Source: Obrimoposthia wandeli
Lineage: Eukaryota
Reading direction: 5' to 3'
Assembly: GCA_977020255.1 (NCBI GenBank)
Contig: CDROCS010003603.1
Location: 1-64,000, forward strand
DNA: 64,000 nucleotides
Positions 38,661-51,460 of the stretch are shown piece after piece. Under the pieces are notes generated by a model, which was given only the letters and a program-made list of their open reading frames with translations, did not search any database and was not told the DNA's origin. Numbering within the stretch: the first letter of the stretch is position 1; the number at the start of each line of letters is the position of its first letter. Made by a program: the position numbers and the translations under genes.

Positions 38661-40869
38661 GTTACTGGTGCCAAGGGAGTGGTGAGCGGATATTTTCGTT
38701 TGAGAAGACAGAGATCGTCTCTGGAGACCCGAGCTGGCACCGGCGCGGGATACAGGTACTGGTGAGAGTGATGTCCAATTTCCATGGTCTGGGGAACCGG
38801 TAGATCCCGGCGCCTGGAGATGATTGCTGGTGATGGCGAGACCATATGTACCTGGCTAGCACTACGGCATCTGAACATAGAGTGCACAGTTACGGCACTG
38901 GGGTAGCTATTCCAAATTGACCTGTCAGTTTCATAATAAGCGATAAAGTAGTGAAAATATATTTTTATCGATATATGTTGCCGGTAATTTTTGAAATAAG
39001 ACAATTCCTGAATGTCCAAAAATAATCTAATATTTTTTTAAAATTGGTTAACTCATATTCTAAATATTTGATGTATCTGTTCATTAAAAATTTAAAAGTT
39101 AATTTTCAAATTGCAAAAAGAATTAATACATCTTACTGACAACAGTAAACAGTTGATACGCATATAATTATTAGGTTGATTTTACTAGGTTTAATTTGTC
39201 AGACTACGATTATCAATATTTATTCTCAATTGGAAATTTTACCAATTAAAAAAACTTTTTTAAAATTTTGATGCTTTGTCAACTTAACAACACACTAGTA
39301 AAATTAATCAATAATTGTTTGTAATTTGACTTTTATTATTTTATTTTTGAATATAATTGTGCCTTACATGTCAGTGTTTATTCACAAGTTTTAAATCTAT
39401 GTTATGTGTTTTCTAGAAATTTTTTATAAGGTTAGATGATTAATATTATATTCTAATTTAATTATTCATTGTTCAACATGTAATAACGTTAATCACTTTA
39501 TTTTATTTGGGTTTATTATTTAAAATCTTCATAAATGTTGAAGTGTACTTTACGAAATGAAAAATAATACATATTAGTTTCAGCTGTTTTATAGGATAAA
39601 AAAATTCAACGTATATTTCCAAGATAATAAAAATTACACTTTACTCTCATTCACCCTTGTATTCTCAGTTTTGTATTGATAAAAAAATTAATTTTATACT
39701 TCTGATGAAAACCGGTACCAAAAAAACAATTTACAACTAAAATTTATTTACCAATATATTTTTAAACATGTTTAATTTTTTTCAAAAAGTCACCGATATT
39801 AGTCGGTTTCATTTTAGATTCAAAACAGAAAAAAACATATTTGGAAAGGGTTGAAAATGCTTGAATTTTGTGTGTATAGTGTTTTGTTGGACTTCACAAA
39901 AACAGAAAGAGGGTTTCCAAATGTTTCTTATCAGCTGAAGTTGTTATAATGAGTTCTAACATTGTTTGCATCTCCCTGATCGATTAAATGTGCTTCGATA
40001 ACATTATTTTCCAAAACATTACTAAATATATAAACTGTCAACTGCGATGTAAATCAACACCAAAAAACAAAATAAGTCTTATTGGAATTGTAGTTTAAAT
40101 AAATTTCATAATCAATAATTTTAAAATTTTAATCGATTTTTTAAATGCCTTTTTAATAGAGCCTAGCTACAAAATTTTAGCGAAATAATTATTTTTGTAG
40201 GCATCACAATGAAAATGTGCATTTGAAATTAATTGAGGGATGGCAGGAAACAAAACAGAATTATAACGATTTTTACATTGTGATTCATTTGTTTGTTCAA
40301 AATGTTGGGCAAAAACTCAGCTTGGCGTTATAACAAGAGTAAAGTATATATTTATAATATTGATTGGTACATAGATATTTGGAAATTATAAAATTCATTT
40401 TCTAGTAAACCAATAAAAAAAATCAATGAAATGAAAAGACACGCTATTGATACTTAAATTTTGTAAAAAGCTTATAATTAGAAATTTTCTCCGCCAAAAT
40501 ATTTTTTAAAAATTTTAATTAGCATCTTTCGTAGTTTTCGTAGAAAAATATTTTTTGAAATTAACTTTACTTTTTAAATGATACCATACCAAAGACCAAA
40601 ATATAACAGAAACATATCAGTTTCTTAACCTGGCCATTTTAAGTTACCCTAAATTCGATCTTGTAAACCTTGGACTCATTTATAATCCAGACAGAAAAAT
40701 ACAAAATTCTGAAATTAAAATGTTACAATAGATAAGCCAGTCTCATGGAAAAGCCAACTCAAATTTAAAAAAGTATATCCGATTCTTAATTATTCGTAAG
40801 TTTTTTTACAATATAAAGTTTTTAAATTTGATTATATTTAAAATTAAGCATACACAGGCTCGAAAATCG

Positions 40870-41830
40870 TATTCCATTTACAGAAAGCTGAAAGAGGCGT
40901 GTTTTGTTGAAAAGTATGACAATGTGTCGGCAGCTAAAGAGTTGGAAACAGATGACTCAAACATCCAGCGATGGAGAAAATAAAATAATGTAATAAAAAC
41001 AATGCAACCATAGAAGTGCTGCAGCCTGAAACCGTTTTGACCAAAAATTGAGTCACAGTTGACACTCCAGACATAATGCAAATAGAAGAGTCTATACAGT
41101 AATTATTCACCTATAAGGGGTCCCACCTATAATGGTGTCCGGTCACCGAAAATTTCACGCTTCACCTATAATAGTACCTTTCCAAGCTTTTAAATAATGC
41201 ATCTATAAGTGATTCGGTGTCGGTCTCTCTCAAAAACATGTTTTAATGAATACCCTTACAGGTGAATAATTACTGTACGACTGGCATTCGTTTGAAAGTG
41301 AAAGAATTGTTAAAACATTTAAAAATCTGACTTAAAGGAGTTGTCACAGCATACTAAAAGGAATGGGTCACTGCAGATATGGTCCGCTAATGGTTAAAAA
41401 CCATATTAAGCAAACAAAAGAATTAATTTTTTTGGGCCAGAAATAAGTTTTCATTTACGATTCAGCTCGATCTCACATTACAAAGAAACCAAAGAAAAAG
41501 AATTGAAAAAATCAAAATTGTCTGTCAATCCCGTAAGACTAACATCCAAACTACAACCTTTGGATCTAAGCGTCAAAGAAATTGGAAAACTGGATGATCA
41601 ATGGTTACCATTCATTCACTAGGCCTGGATCAATGAAAGAGCCTCTTATGCTAAAATATGTCGATGGGTCGACGAATGTTGGTGTAAAGTAAATTACATT
41701 TGAAATGGATTTAAAGTCGGGAATATCCAACTAAAGCACTAGGCGATAATGAAAATGAATCTGAAGAAGAATCCGAAGATCAAATTGATTCAGAATCTGA
41801 AATGAATCTTATGAAGAGTTTGATTTCTTT
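40870..41830 (+). mobile_element. pogo-like (Brinker-type DBD plus DDE_1) transposase relic interrupted by a MITE
   Basis: LKEACFVEKYDNVSAAKELETDDSNIQRWRK (HTH), YDSARSH and LTSKLQPLDLSV. Confidence 0.65.
41097..41275. mobile_element. 179-bp Tc1/mariner-type MITE
   Basis: 23-bp TIRs CAGTAATTATTCACCT(A/G)TAAGGG with one mismatch, and TA on both flanks (41095-96, 41276-77). Confidence 0.9.
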
Positions 41831-42489
41831 GATTAGTAAATGTGTATAATATTTTTTTAATAAATTGATATTGTACATAAGCTGCACTTATGTATAAGAG
41901 AAGTGTTGTTTTTTTCTCATTTTTCAACCAATATTTCTTTAGTTAAGCCTCTGCTTATCGACAAGAACTTAGGATACATCCTATGCTGATGACCTTTTCT
42001 TCGCCGAAATTTCTCTTGAGAAAATTATATGTACTGTGTGCGATGTCACAACACCTCATTGAAAAACGAATGATAAAAAAAAGGTATTTTGTTAAGTGCA
42101 TGTATGATATATTTTCATCATAAATTTTCAGGAAAAGGGTTGAATTTATATTTTTGTATAAACTCTGACGCAAACTATCAACTTTTGTGAAAACTGTTTG
42201 TACCCGTCCCTTTCTCAGTTAACCTTGTGATAAGTCAGTCAGCATTCGCAAATTTTCTCTCATATCACCTTGTCGCGGCCTGTGTAAAGAAAAACTTAGT
42301 AACTTAGTGTTCCTTTTCTATCTAGCTACAGTGAAAATAAGTATTTTGGAGAAGTATGTATATATTGTTAATAGTCTGGATAAACTCGTGTTAACTACGT
42401 GTTATTGACCCTGAGGTTAATGTGGTTGACTGTCAACAAAAGCGGTATTGGTGCATATACATAGAATACTGTTTGTAAAGTTGTAAAGC

Positions 42490-43340
42490 ATGTCGAACAA
42501 ACGAACAAACTGTACGCTCAAAGAGAAATATCAAATCGTTTTTCAAAAACTGACATTTCCAAACAGAAAAACATTACACTGACTACGCTCTTGGTTTATT
42601 GTAAAAAAACAGTTGAAATAATTAATGCATATGAAAAGGGAATAAAAATGTCCAATACTAAAATAATCAAAGTGTACAATTTCGAGGAAGTTGATACACC
42701 ATAGCTGGATTTCTTTTCTTTGGCCTGTGACAAGACACTTGTTTCCAGTGAAATGCTCTAGGAAAACGTTGACTATATTGACTGGATATCAACTGGGTGG
42801 ATCGATGGAAAAAGCGCAATGATGTCGTAGAATCGCGTTGGTAATAGATAATTGTATGGCGCTTTCAGAACTAAGTCTATCTTTTCCATCTGCTTGTCTT
42901 TACAGAAACAACTATCAAGAACTGCTTTAAAAAGGTGGGTTTGATCAAGGATGAGTGTGAACAAACTAATGAGTCAATGGACGATGACGTCTAAATGATA
43001 GCCCAAGGTAACACTATCTGGGAGACTGGCTGCTGTGTGAACTCTTGCTTACATGAAGTTCAATGACTTCGTCGAACAATATGTAGATATGGCTATCAGA
43101 GACTGTCTTACCTACAAAATTAAGCCTTCAACCTACAGCTATGACAGATGATGACAAACCCGCTGTTTCTCCCCAACCAATATTTAGAGGAGTTATTACA
43201 ACAGAGAAGCAACTGAAACGTTTTCTGCAATCTATTGACAGTAAGAGAACTATGCTTGGTAAGTTGGATTCGGTTAAGATCTTGATACATTACGTATCAT
43301 CAGACAGAAAGAGTCAAAGCTCAATTCTCTAATACTTTGA
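42490..43340 (+). mobile_element. Tigger-like transposase relic (internally deleted)
   Basis: KRTNCTLKEKYQIV, FEEVD, LVIDNC, TTIKNCFKKVG and a C-terminal SQSSIL*YF. Confidence 0.6.
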
Positions 43341-44803
43341 ACTCAAATAGCTTTGCATTCGCTCATTATATGTACAAGAAACCATTAGATAATCATGTAA
43401 TGTGCTAAACAGAAATTCAAAAATAAGAATTAATAATGAATCCTTTATTCTACAGTGATTAGAAATATTCTCTCAATAAAGGATTTTTTAAAACACATAT
43501 AAATAAGTTAATATGTTTTATAATATAAAAATATTTTCTCATAGATAAGCATAAATAAGCATACAGTATTGTGCAGAAATAAATGTAACACACTAAAATA
43601 AAATTTACTTATGAAATGTTAGCTTTTTTAATATATGTATTTTATATTCTAATATAAGTTTAAATAATTTTTTGATTTAAAAAAAATAAGTAAAAATTAT
43701 CATTGGAATCATTAGAAAATAATGATTTTAGAAAATTAAGCATATTTATGTAAATATGTAAAACCCTGAAAGTTGTGTTTTAAACCCAACTTTAAAAATG
43801 ACTCAATAATAATATGAAAAATATTTTAATATGATTAACAAGCAACAATATCCACTATCGAAAGATAAAATGAATCAAAGATTGTTCAAAATAATAAAAA
43901 GAAATCAGCCATTAAAGAGATATTAATGAAATTCAAAACGAAGATACATTTTTTCTACTCCATATATATTTCTTTGGCTAAAAACTGTACTCCACGTTTC
44001 AGTTAATTGGGTTTTTTTTTAGCATTTTTTACTATTTTTAAGACTAATCTAAGAGAATTATGATTACTTTTTTCAACAACAAAAAAACTAAGATGTATAT
44101 AGCGTGTTATAACATAGCGTGTTATAACATAAAATTTTAAAGAAATTGTAGTTTCAATAAAGAAATATGACTTTTCGTTTCATTTAAAATCTGCTGACAC
44201 ATACCGAAATTTTCCCATTAAAGAACAGTTGAATACATTAGAAATACCAGATTAAAGATTAAAACATACATTTGGACTGCAACACTCTCCAAAATGGAAA
44301 CCCAATATTTGTTTGTAAATCGTTTATCAAATTTATGGTTTGGTTTGAGTGACATTATTCATAGAATAGACATGAGCACTTTTCATCTTCTTTGCACACA
44401 ATTTTTCATTTTCTCACAAACACGATAAGCTATGAGAGTATATTAAATTATTTAAAGTCGAACTTCAGCTTTGTGTTCGCCATTTTGCTCATTCCCCCGT
44501 GAACCGACGGAAGTTTACTGCTACGTTGAAGACGCTCAATAACTACTCACGGAATGTACAACACGATCCAATGATTTCAATGTCATTCACATTTAATGTC
44601 GATGAGTGTTTTAGAATGGAAGCAATTTATGTAGATAATCACATGCTGAATAATAAAAGTAAGCATTTAATAAAATAAAGTTAAATATTAAAATAAATTA
44701 AATAGTAATAATTAGGATGACGATGATGGTTAGGCAATAAAAGTAGGGGTGAAGATTTTTTTAAAAAACAGTAATTGTTTAAAAAATTAAATAACCTTGA
44801 AAG

Positions 44804-44930
44804 TGATGTTGATAAGAAAGTTTTAAAAAAAGTTATTGATGTTGATAAGAAAGTTTTAAAAAAAGTTATTGATGTTGATAAGAAAGTTTTAAAAAAAGTT
44901 ATTGATGTTGATAAGAAAGTTTTTTAAAAA
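44804..44930 (+). repeat. 33-bp tandem repeat, ~3.7 copies
   Basis: Unit GATGTTGATAAGAAAGTTTTAAAAAAAGTTATT (reads DVDKKVLKKVI in frame). Confidence 0.9.
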
Positions 44931-44953
44931 AGAAGATGAATCGATGTAAGGTT

Positions 44954-45100
44954 GATCGTTTAATTGTTGACGATCGTGTTAAGAAGAAGGACGAATTACA
45001 ATTATGCCGAGGTGATATTGTTCTTATCAAAATAAAGAAACGCACAGAGACCGTTTGTATCGAATTATTAAATGACACTTCTATAGATGGAATAATGAAG
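44954..45100 (+). pseudogene. VCP: VCP/p97/CDC48 N-domain fragment
   Basis: DRLIVDD..KKDELQLCRGDIVLIKIKKRTETVCIELLNDT vs VCP [39 protein letters not shown], with an internal deletion. Confidence 0.8.
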
Positions 45101-45534
45101 TATAGTTTATCTTGCATTATTATCAAAAATAAAGTTTTAGCGTTTTATATGCCTTCCATTGTTATTGACTCCCCAAACTTGGATCATTATGATAAAAAAA
45201 TTAGTTTCCAACAAATTTAGTGACACATGTACGAGATTCAATCAGGACGTTATTAGATTTTATACAAATCCGTTCATCTTTTCACAGATAAAAACAGACG
45301 TGAATCTAAAAATTTTTCCCCTAACGCCAAATTGTTATTTGTGTCACTGATCACAAGCAAAATTAATAGATAGTACAATATGCATGTGTATTGGGCATTT
45401 CTTGGGATAATATTCAAGTGTTAGAACAAAATCCACTGATAATCAAGCTCATCAATTGAACAATCTTAATTTGAAATGAAAAAGCCTCAACATCAATATT
45501 ACTGTTAACCATGGAGAATTTCTCATTAGGGATT

Positions 45535-45653
45535 CCACTTCTAACCACAACATCTATTCCATTTAATTCATAGACATCATCGTCTGTTTCCTCCATTGGG
45601 TATCAGTCGGAGCCAAATTCACCATCAGAGATAAGATCTTCGTAAATTAATAT
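45535..45653 (-). pseudogene. TPT1: TCTP-like N-terminal fragment
   Basis: (I)LIYEDLISDGEFGSD*YPMEETDDDVYELNG resembles TCTP MIIYKDIITGDEMFSDTYKMKLVDDVIYEVYG; start codon lost and an internal stop. Confidence 0.5.
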
Positions 45654-45989
45654 ATTAATTTATGGACGAATTTAAAAATACAATATAAACTTTACGAAAT
45701 CGAACACTTTGTAAATCTTTATTAGACAATTTAAAAACTTTTAATCACACTTCAATACATAATCTCTTTTATTTTAAATCTTTATTTTTACAAGTTACCA
45801 ATTTTTTATATTTTTGAATCATAAAAAATAACATTTTTAAAAACAAGCTTATTTTGATCAATTCGCAGATGACATCGACAGTCTCTTTGCCAAAACTACG
45901 TTAAAATTATTAATTCATAAACATGTATGCATGTGAAATTTTCTGTATTTGTAAATTATGTAGAAACATGGTAGTCTTAATGTTGCACA

Positions 45990-46360
45990 TACTAAGGTTA
46001 TTGAGAAAGCAGTTTCAATGCAATTATCTAAGTTTCTGAAATAGAAAAGTTCTCATTTTCAAGCAGCTTAAAGAAATGCAGATTCCTCTAAAATTGCTCT
46101 ACTTAAGATCAATAATGAAATATTGAGTAGTATTATGGAGGGAAATGATAGATTTATCTGCCACTTTCGATACGATTATTTATGATGTCGGTTTAATAAT
46201 CTCAGTATGCAAACAAGTTGGTTGGCCATTTCAATTATTTTAAGGTATGTTAGCTTATCAATTCATAGGCCACCAATATGATTTGTTTGCTTCACTTTTC
46301 TCAGAACAGTGCCCAGTCTTGGTCACATGATTTATGACATATATGTAACATATTACAACT
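45990..46360 (+). mobile_element. Non-LTR retrotransposon RT relic
   Basis: KVIEKAVSMQLSKFL..FQAA*R..SSKIALLKINNEIL..IDLSATFDTI matches the CR1/L2-type RT region (LEK..Q..FQSAYR..STETALL..DLSAAFDT). Confidence 0.75.
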
Positions 46361-48209
46361 TAAAAATAATGACACTGCCCGGGTGCCTAAAAGGTTTCTT
46401 TACTTTGACTGTAAAATTCTACACAAAAAATAAATTTAGATACTAATTCGTAATTATACAGTATGGCATGAAAATGAAGTTTTTTATGTAAAAACACAAA
46501 TAGAAGATAAGTATATACATTTCTGAATATATTATATGTCGTTCATTGCATAGGCGCTCAATATGCTAAAACATATTGTTCGCGAAATTATTCCATTTGT
46601 CGGTATTACATGATATGCAACGTTTAATGGGTATGTTTATGTGAATAAAGATGGATAGACCAGATTACACGTACCATCGACAACAAAGTCAGATGTGACA
46701 ATAAATATACAATACAAGTTTAAATCTAAAATTAAGAGTTTCACTTGTACCCCTGGACTTTGTCTCTCGTGGAATGTAGACACTATAAATCCATCATTGT
46801 ACACACAGTAATAGCTACAGATATGACTTTAGTACGAACTACTTAAAGAAAAGTTTATATTGTTACAATGAATAAAGAAATGTAACATTTCATTTAGGTT
46901 TTTAACAATGTTACCCTTTACATTTTCAAAAAATAATTTTTAAAAAATTTTAAAAGAGTATAAGATAGGAAATCCAAATTAATAAATTAAAGAAAATAAA
47001 AACTATTTTAAATAGTTTTTACTGTACAAATTTCAATATTCAAAATTGGCCAAAATATAAATGTTCAATCTTTTTTTATTCACTTTTTTTTTGTTGAAAT
47101 TGTATAATTTGTATCATGTGTAATCCAGTACAAGAAATTAAAAGAAATAAAGAAAACGGTTTTGTAATATGTATACCAACTGTATTTCGTGAATTATTAG
47201 AAATTGAAGTAGAACAGCTATTTTGAATAAACTTATTCAACCATATTATACTACTTTTCTTTAAAATCAATATGTAATTTAAACATTTTGAAAAGACATA
47301 TATTACTTTTATAAAACTGTTTGATCTACGTAAATATTAAAAAAGGATATAAAATTTAATGATACATTTTTGTAAACATGTCCTAAATATCTCACAAAGC
47401 CATCAAATACATATTTTACCAATCATATACCGTATATCGTGATTGAGCAGTCAAATAAGTCCAGTTATAAGAATATTAGATATATAATTTGAAATTTTAT
47501 TTCAATAATATTTTTGAGAATTTAGACCAAATTTGCACTAGTTTCTCTCTAGTAGCATTATGCAATAATTCTCAAATAACTTAGTATTTGAAAATTAGTA
47601 AGTGTTATTATACTTCACACTTTGAGTGATAAAATGGTTGTTATCTAAATAAAACTGAATGAAAGTTTTCCGTCAACATTTAATCGGAATAGCACTAAAT
47701 TTAGTCGATAACATCTAGTTAAACTGATTAAGAATATCATTTTTATATTCCATGTCCTGAAAGTATGAAAAATACGTAATGATTAATTATATTATATATA
47801 ATAATTAACGTTTTGATTTTCAGATTCACAGTTAAATATTTTTTACAAAATATATATAAAATCTTAATAATTTCTTTATTTGAACTATATTTTTGATAAA
47901 CAATTGGGTACCTTTCTCGTCTTTAACCCATTGCAGATCAGTTGCATACGGTAAACGAATGATTATAGGTATTGGATATGTATAGTACCCAACTTATTCT
48001 CAAACTTTAAATGGGTACGATAAGTGGCCTTCATTGCTCATTTTCAATACAGTTTTTGGTAAGAAGAACTGGCGAGGTGGGATGTTTTTCCGACTTATCT
48101 TACATACTTCTTTTAAGGCTATAGATTGCTCATCTAGAAGACCTGGTGCAGAATTCGGTACAGATCAACACAAGATTTATTACAGCTTATTATTATCTTT
48201 TTCACAATA

Positions 48210-50250
48210 CAGTAATACCCCGAATAGTGAGGTTCCAAACAGTGCATATTTCACTATAGTGTGGATTTTGTAAAATATTAGTAAATAAATAAAATAAAAC
48301 TATATTTAATCCTTTAAAAATATCAATATTGATTTCAAGATCTATATTTAATATTCTTAAAACTCACATTTTAGAAATGATTCTTTCATCTGATATTTTC
48401 CGAGTCAATATTGCAGAATACTATTATTAAAACAGGTTGTATTGAAATGTCAAGTCAAACAAAAGGAAGCACAGACAATGTTGGTCCAAACAAACAACAG
48501 TGGTTAACATTAGAAAATAAACTAGATGTTATAAAGTGTCATGAAAATGGTGCATCATTGGCTAAAATTCCACGCGATTATAAAATAAATGAGTGATATG
48601 TGTGTGCCATTGTAAAGAAGAAACAACAATATAAAGACCATGGAATTGCTACTGCATCGTATATGTCAAAAAGAATTGCAAAAAAGATAGACAAAAACAT
48701 GTTGAATAGGGAGCGACTTTTATTAATGTAGATTGAAGATATTGTAATGAAAAAAAAAATTCCACTCAGTCAACTTATTATTCAAGAAAAAACACGAAGA
48801 TTTTATAGCGCAGTTACCACTCAAAATGAAAATGAAGGGGAGACCTCTACGACTACAAATGAAGAAACAAATGCAGAAAAATCTTTTAATGTGAGCCGCG
48901 GTTGGTTCAATCGCTTTAAAGAACGTACAAAGATTCATAATGTTAGAATTGTTGGTGAAAGTGCTGATGTAGAAACAGCCACAAAATATCCTGATGAATT
49001 TAAAAATATTAATGAAGATGGTAATTACATTGATCATCAAATATTTAATGTGGATGAAACAGAATTGTTTTGGAAGAAAATACCTACTCGAACATATTAA
49101 GCTGAAAAATAAGAAGCACAACCAGGGTATAAAATTACAAAAGATCGTCTGACTCTTTTGTTAGGTGGCAATGCGTCTGGTGAATTTAAATTTAAGTATA
49201 TGCTTGTTTACTGGGCAAACAATCCAAGAGCTTTAAAAGACTATGCCAAAAATACTCTCCCCGTATTTCGGCGATCGAATAGAAAGGCGTGGGTTACAAG
49301 ATTTATTTGAATACTGGTTCACAAATTATTTTTGTTCCCGCAACTGAACGATATTGCAAAGAAAATGATATTGCATTTAATATTATTTTGTTATTACATA
49401 ACGCACCAGGACATCCACCTGCACTTAGTGATTTAAATAACAATGTTAAAATTGTATTTTTACCACAGGACACAACTTCGTTATTACAGTATTATGTACC
49501 AAGGAGTGATCGCAACATTCAATGAGACAAGCTTTTTCTCAAGCAATTAAAGTTACGACAGAAGAAAATGTCATTTCATTAACTGATTTTTAGAAGAACT
49601 ATAATATCAGAATTCCAGTTGAAAATATTGATTTAGCATGGCGTGAAGTTACTGTTAGCAACATTAGAGCTGCATGGGAAAAGCTTTTGCTTCACTGCAC
49701 AAATGATTTTGGTGATTTTGAACCTCAAGTTCAAACAGTTGTATAAAATATTGTTCAGATCGGGAAAGAGCTTGGATTTAATAATGTAGACAATGCTAAT
49801 GTGCGTGAATGCATCGATTCTCATTCTGGTGAGCTCGATAACGAAACTCTCGTAGAAATTGATCAGCAACGAGCATATGAAGAAGAGGAAGAAAAAGCAT
49901 CAAATGACGATCTAGTTAAAATTAAAGAATTTAGCATTGCTGACATGGACACATTATTTTCACTTTATGATGAACGGAGCATCCAAGTGCGAAACACTGT
50001 TGAAAAAAGTATTCGATGCTACAGAGAACTTTATGCCACAAAAACGAAGAAGAAATCAGTGCAAACTTCTTTGATTAAATATTTTTAGAAACAATAAAAA
50101 CATTTCAGTATTATTTTTGTTTCAATAAATATTTAATTATAATCTTGTATCATTATCTCTGTTAATGCTCGTTTTTAATGCATTTAATAACTTTTAATTA
50201 TTTTATCGTATGTACGTATCGATATTTATTCAGTTTGGAACGAATTAAGC
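48210..50250 (+). mobile_element. Tigger/pogo (CENP-B HTH plus DDE_1) transposon, near full-length, pseudogenised
   Basis: Left end TA|CAGTAATACCCCG. Transposase 48447-50088 has LTLENKLDVI (psq HTH), SRGWFNRFKER, QIFNVDETELFWK, LLLHNAPGHP, FLPQDTTSLLQ and QTSLIKYF, with multiple stops. The right TIR was not found. Confidence 0.9.
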
Positions 50251-51182
50251 CCATTATATAATGCATTAAACAGTGCAAACATAGGAAAAATTCGTTTATA
50301 TAATTACAAAGTTATTGTTGAAGGAATAATAGAAGCTAAACTATAACTAAAATACATTTTTATTACATTTCGGCAACAGTTTTAGATTTTAATTTGTTTT
50401 ACGTTATGTAGAATAGATTAATACAAAAAATCTTTGATTACATTAAAACCAGATTCATTATGAATGCAAAACATACTATCATTTAAACATTTTGAGATAC
50501 TGGATTAAATTTGAGTTTCAAAAATTTTATTGAAAGTTGAGAAACATTTTTTTAATTGAGACTTTTTAGTATTCATTAAAATAATTCAAAATCGATAAAA
50601 AAAAAGATAGTCATTTTCTACAACTCTTCTTTCCAACTACATCTTTCCATCAACTAGGAAGATCCATCCTGTCTTCGCAAAACTGCTTAATTGGTTCTCA
50701 ATTTTCTAATTGAACTTCACCAAATATTATATTTTTCTGTCACTTTATGCGTACTTTTATCGTATTTGAGATGGTTCAGAGCTGGTAGTTAAAGATATTT
50801 AATTTTTGTCGTTTTAACTCCAATGCATTATTGAACAGCAACTAAACGAGGATAACCAATAATTCAAGTTGATTTGTATTACTACACTAATAATATACAA
50901 AGATAACAAAAATATATTTAATATAGTACACATATCTAATAAATGCATGATTTATTTCTGAAAAGCGTTTTCATCTTTTCTCGAATTCTTGGAAATACAG
51001 TGTTGGCAACAAATATCGAATAAAGGTGAATTGTTTCTAATAATATATTTCATGTAATTTACACTTGAAATTTTTTATAATATTTATACCTGGCAATAAA
51101 GGTGGATTAATATTTTTATGTTAAAATTTTTATTTCACTAGATATTTTCTTCTACTTATTTATTAATCAACAGATATATTAC

Positions 51183-51460
51183 GAAAACGGTCAAATATAC
51201 TACTCAGACGTTAATGGTATGGGCTGCAATAAAAGGCGATGGAACAGCAACCATAAACAAATGCCCACATAGGTTAATTTCACAGAGATACAGAAACGTT
51301 TTGGAAGGGCTCTTCAATAATACTCCATAGTTATGCAGGATGGCGCTAAATGCCATACACCTAAAAAAAACTATATATGATTTCTTGAAAATAACAATGT
51401 TATGATCTTAGTTGACCTGAATATAGAGAATCTGTGGGCCATATTTAAGAAGAAAGTAAG
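51183..51460 (+). mobile_element. Tc1-family transposase relic
   Basis: KTVKY..LMVWAAI, MQDGAKCHT and DLNIENLWAIFKKKV. Confidence 0.75.
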
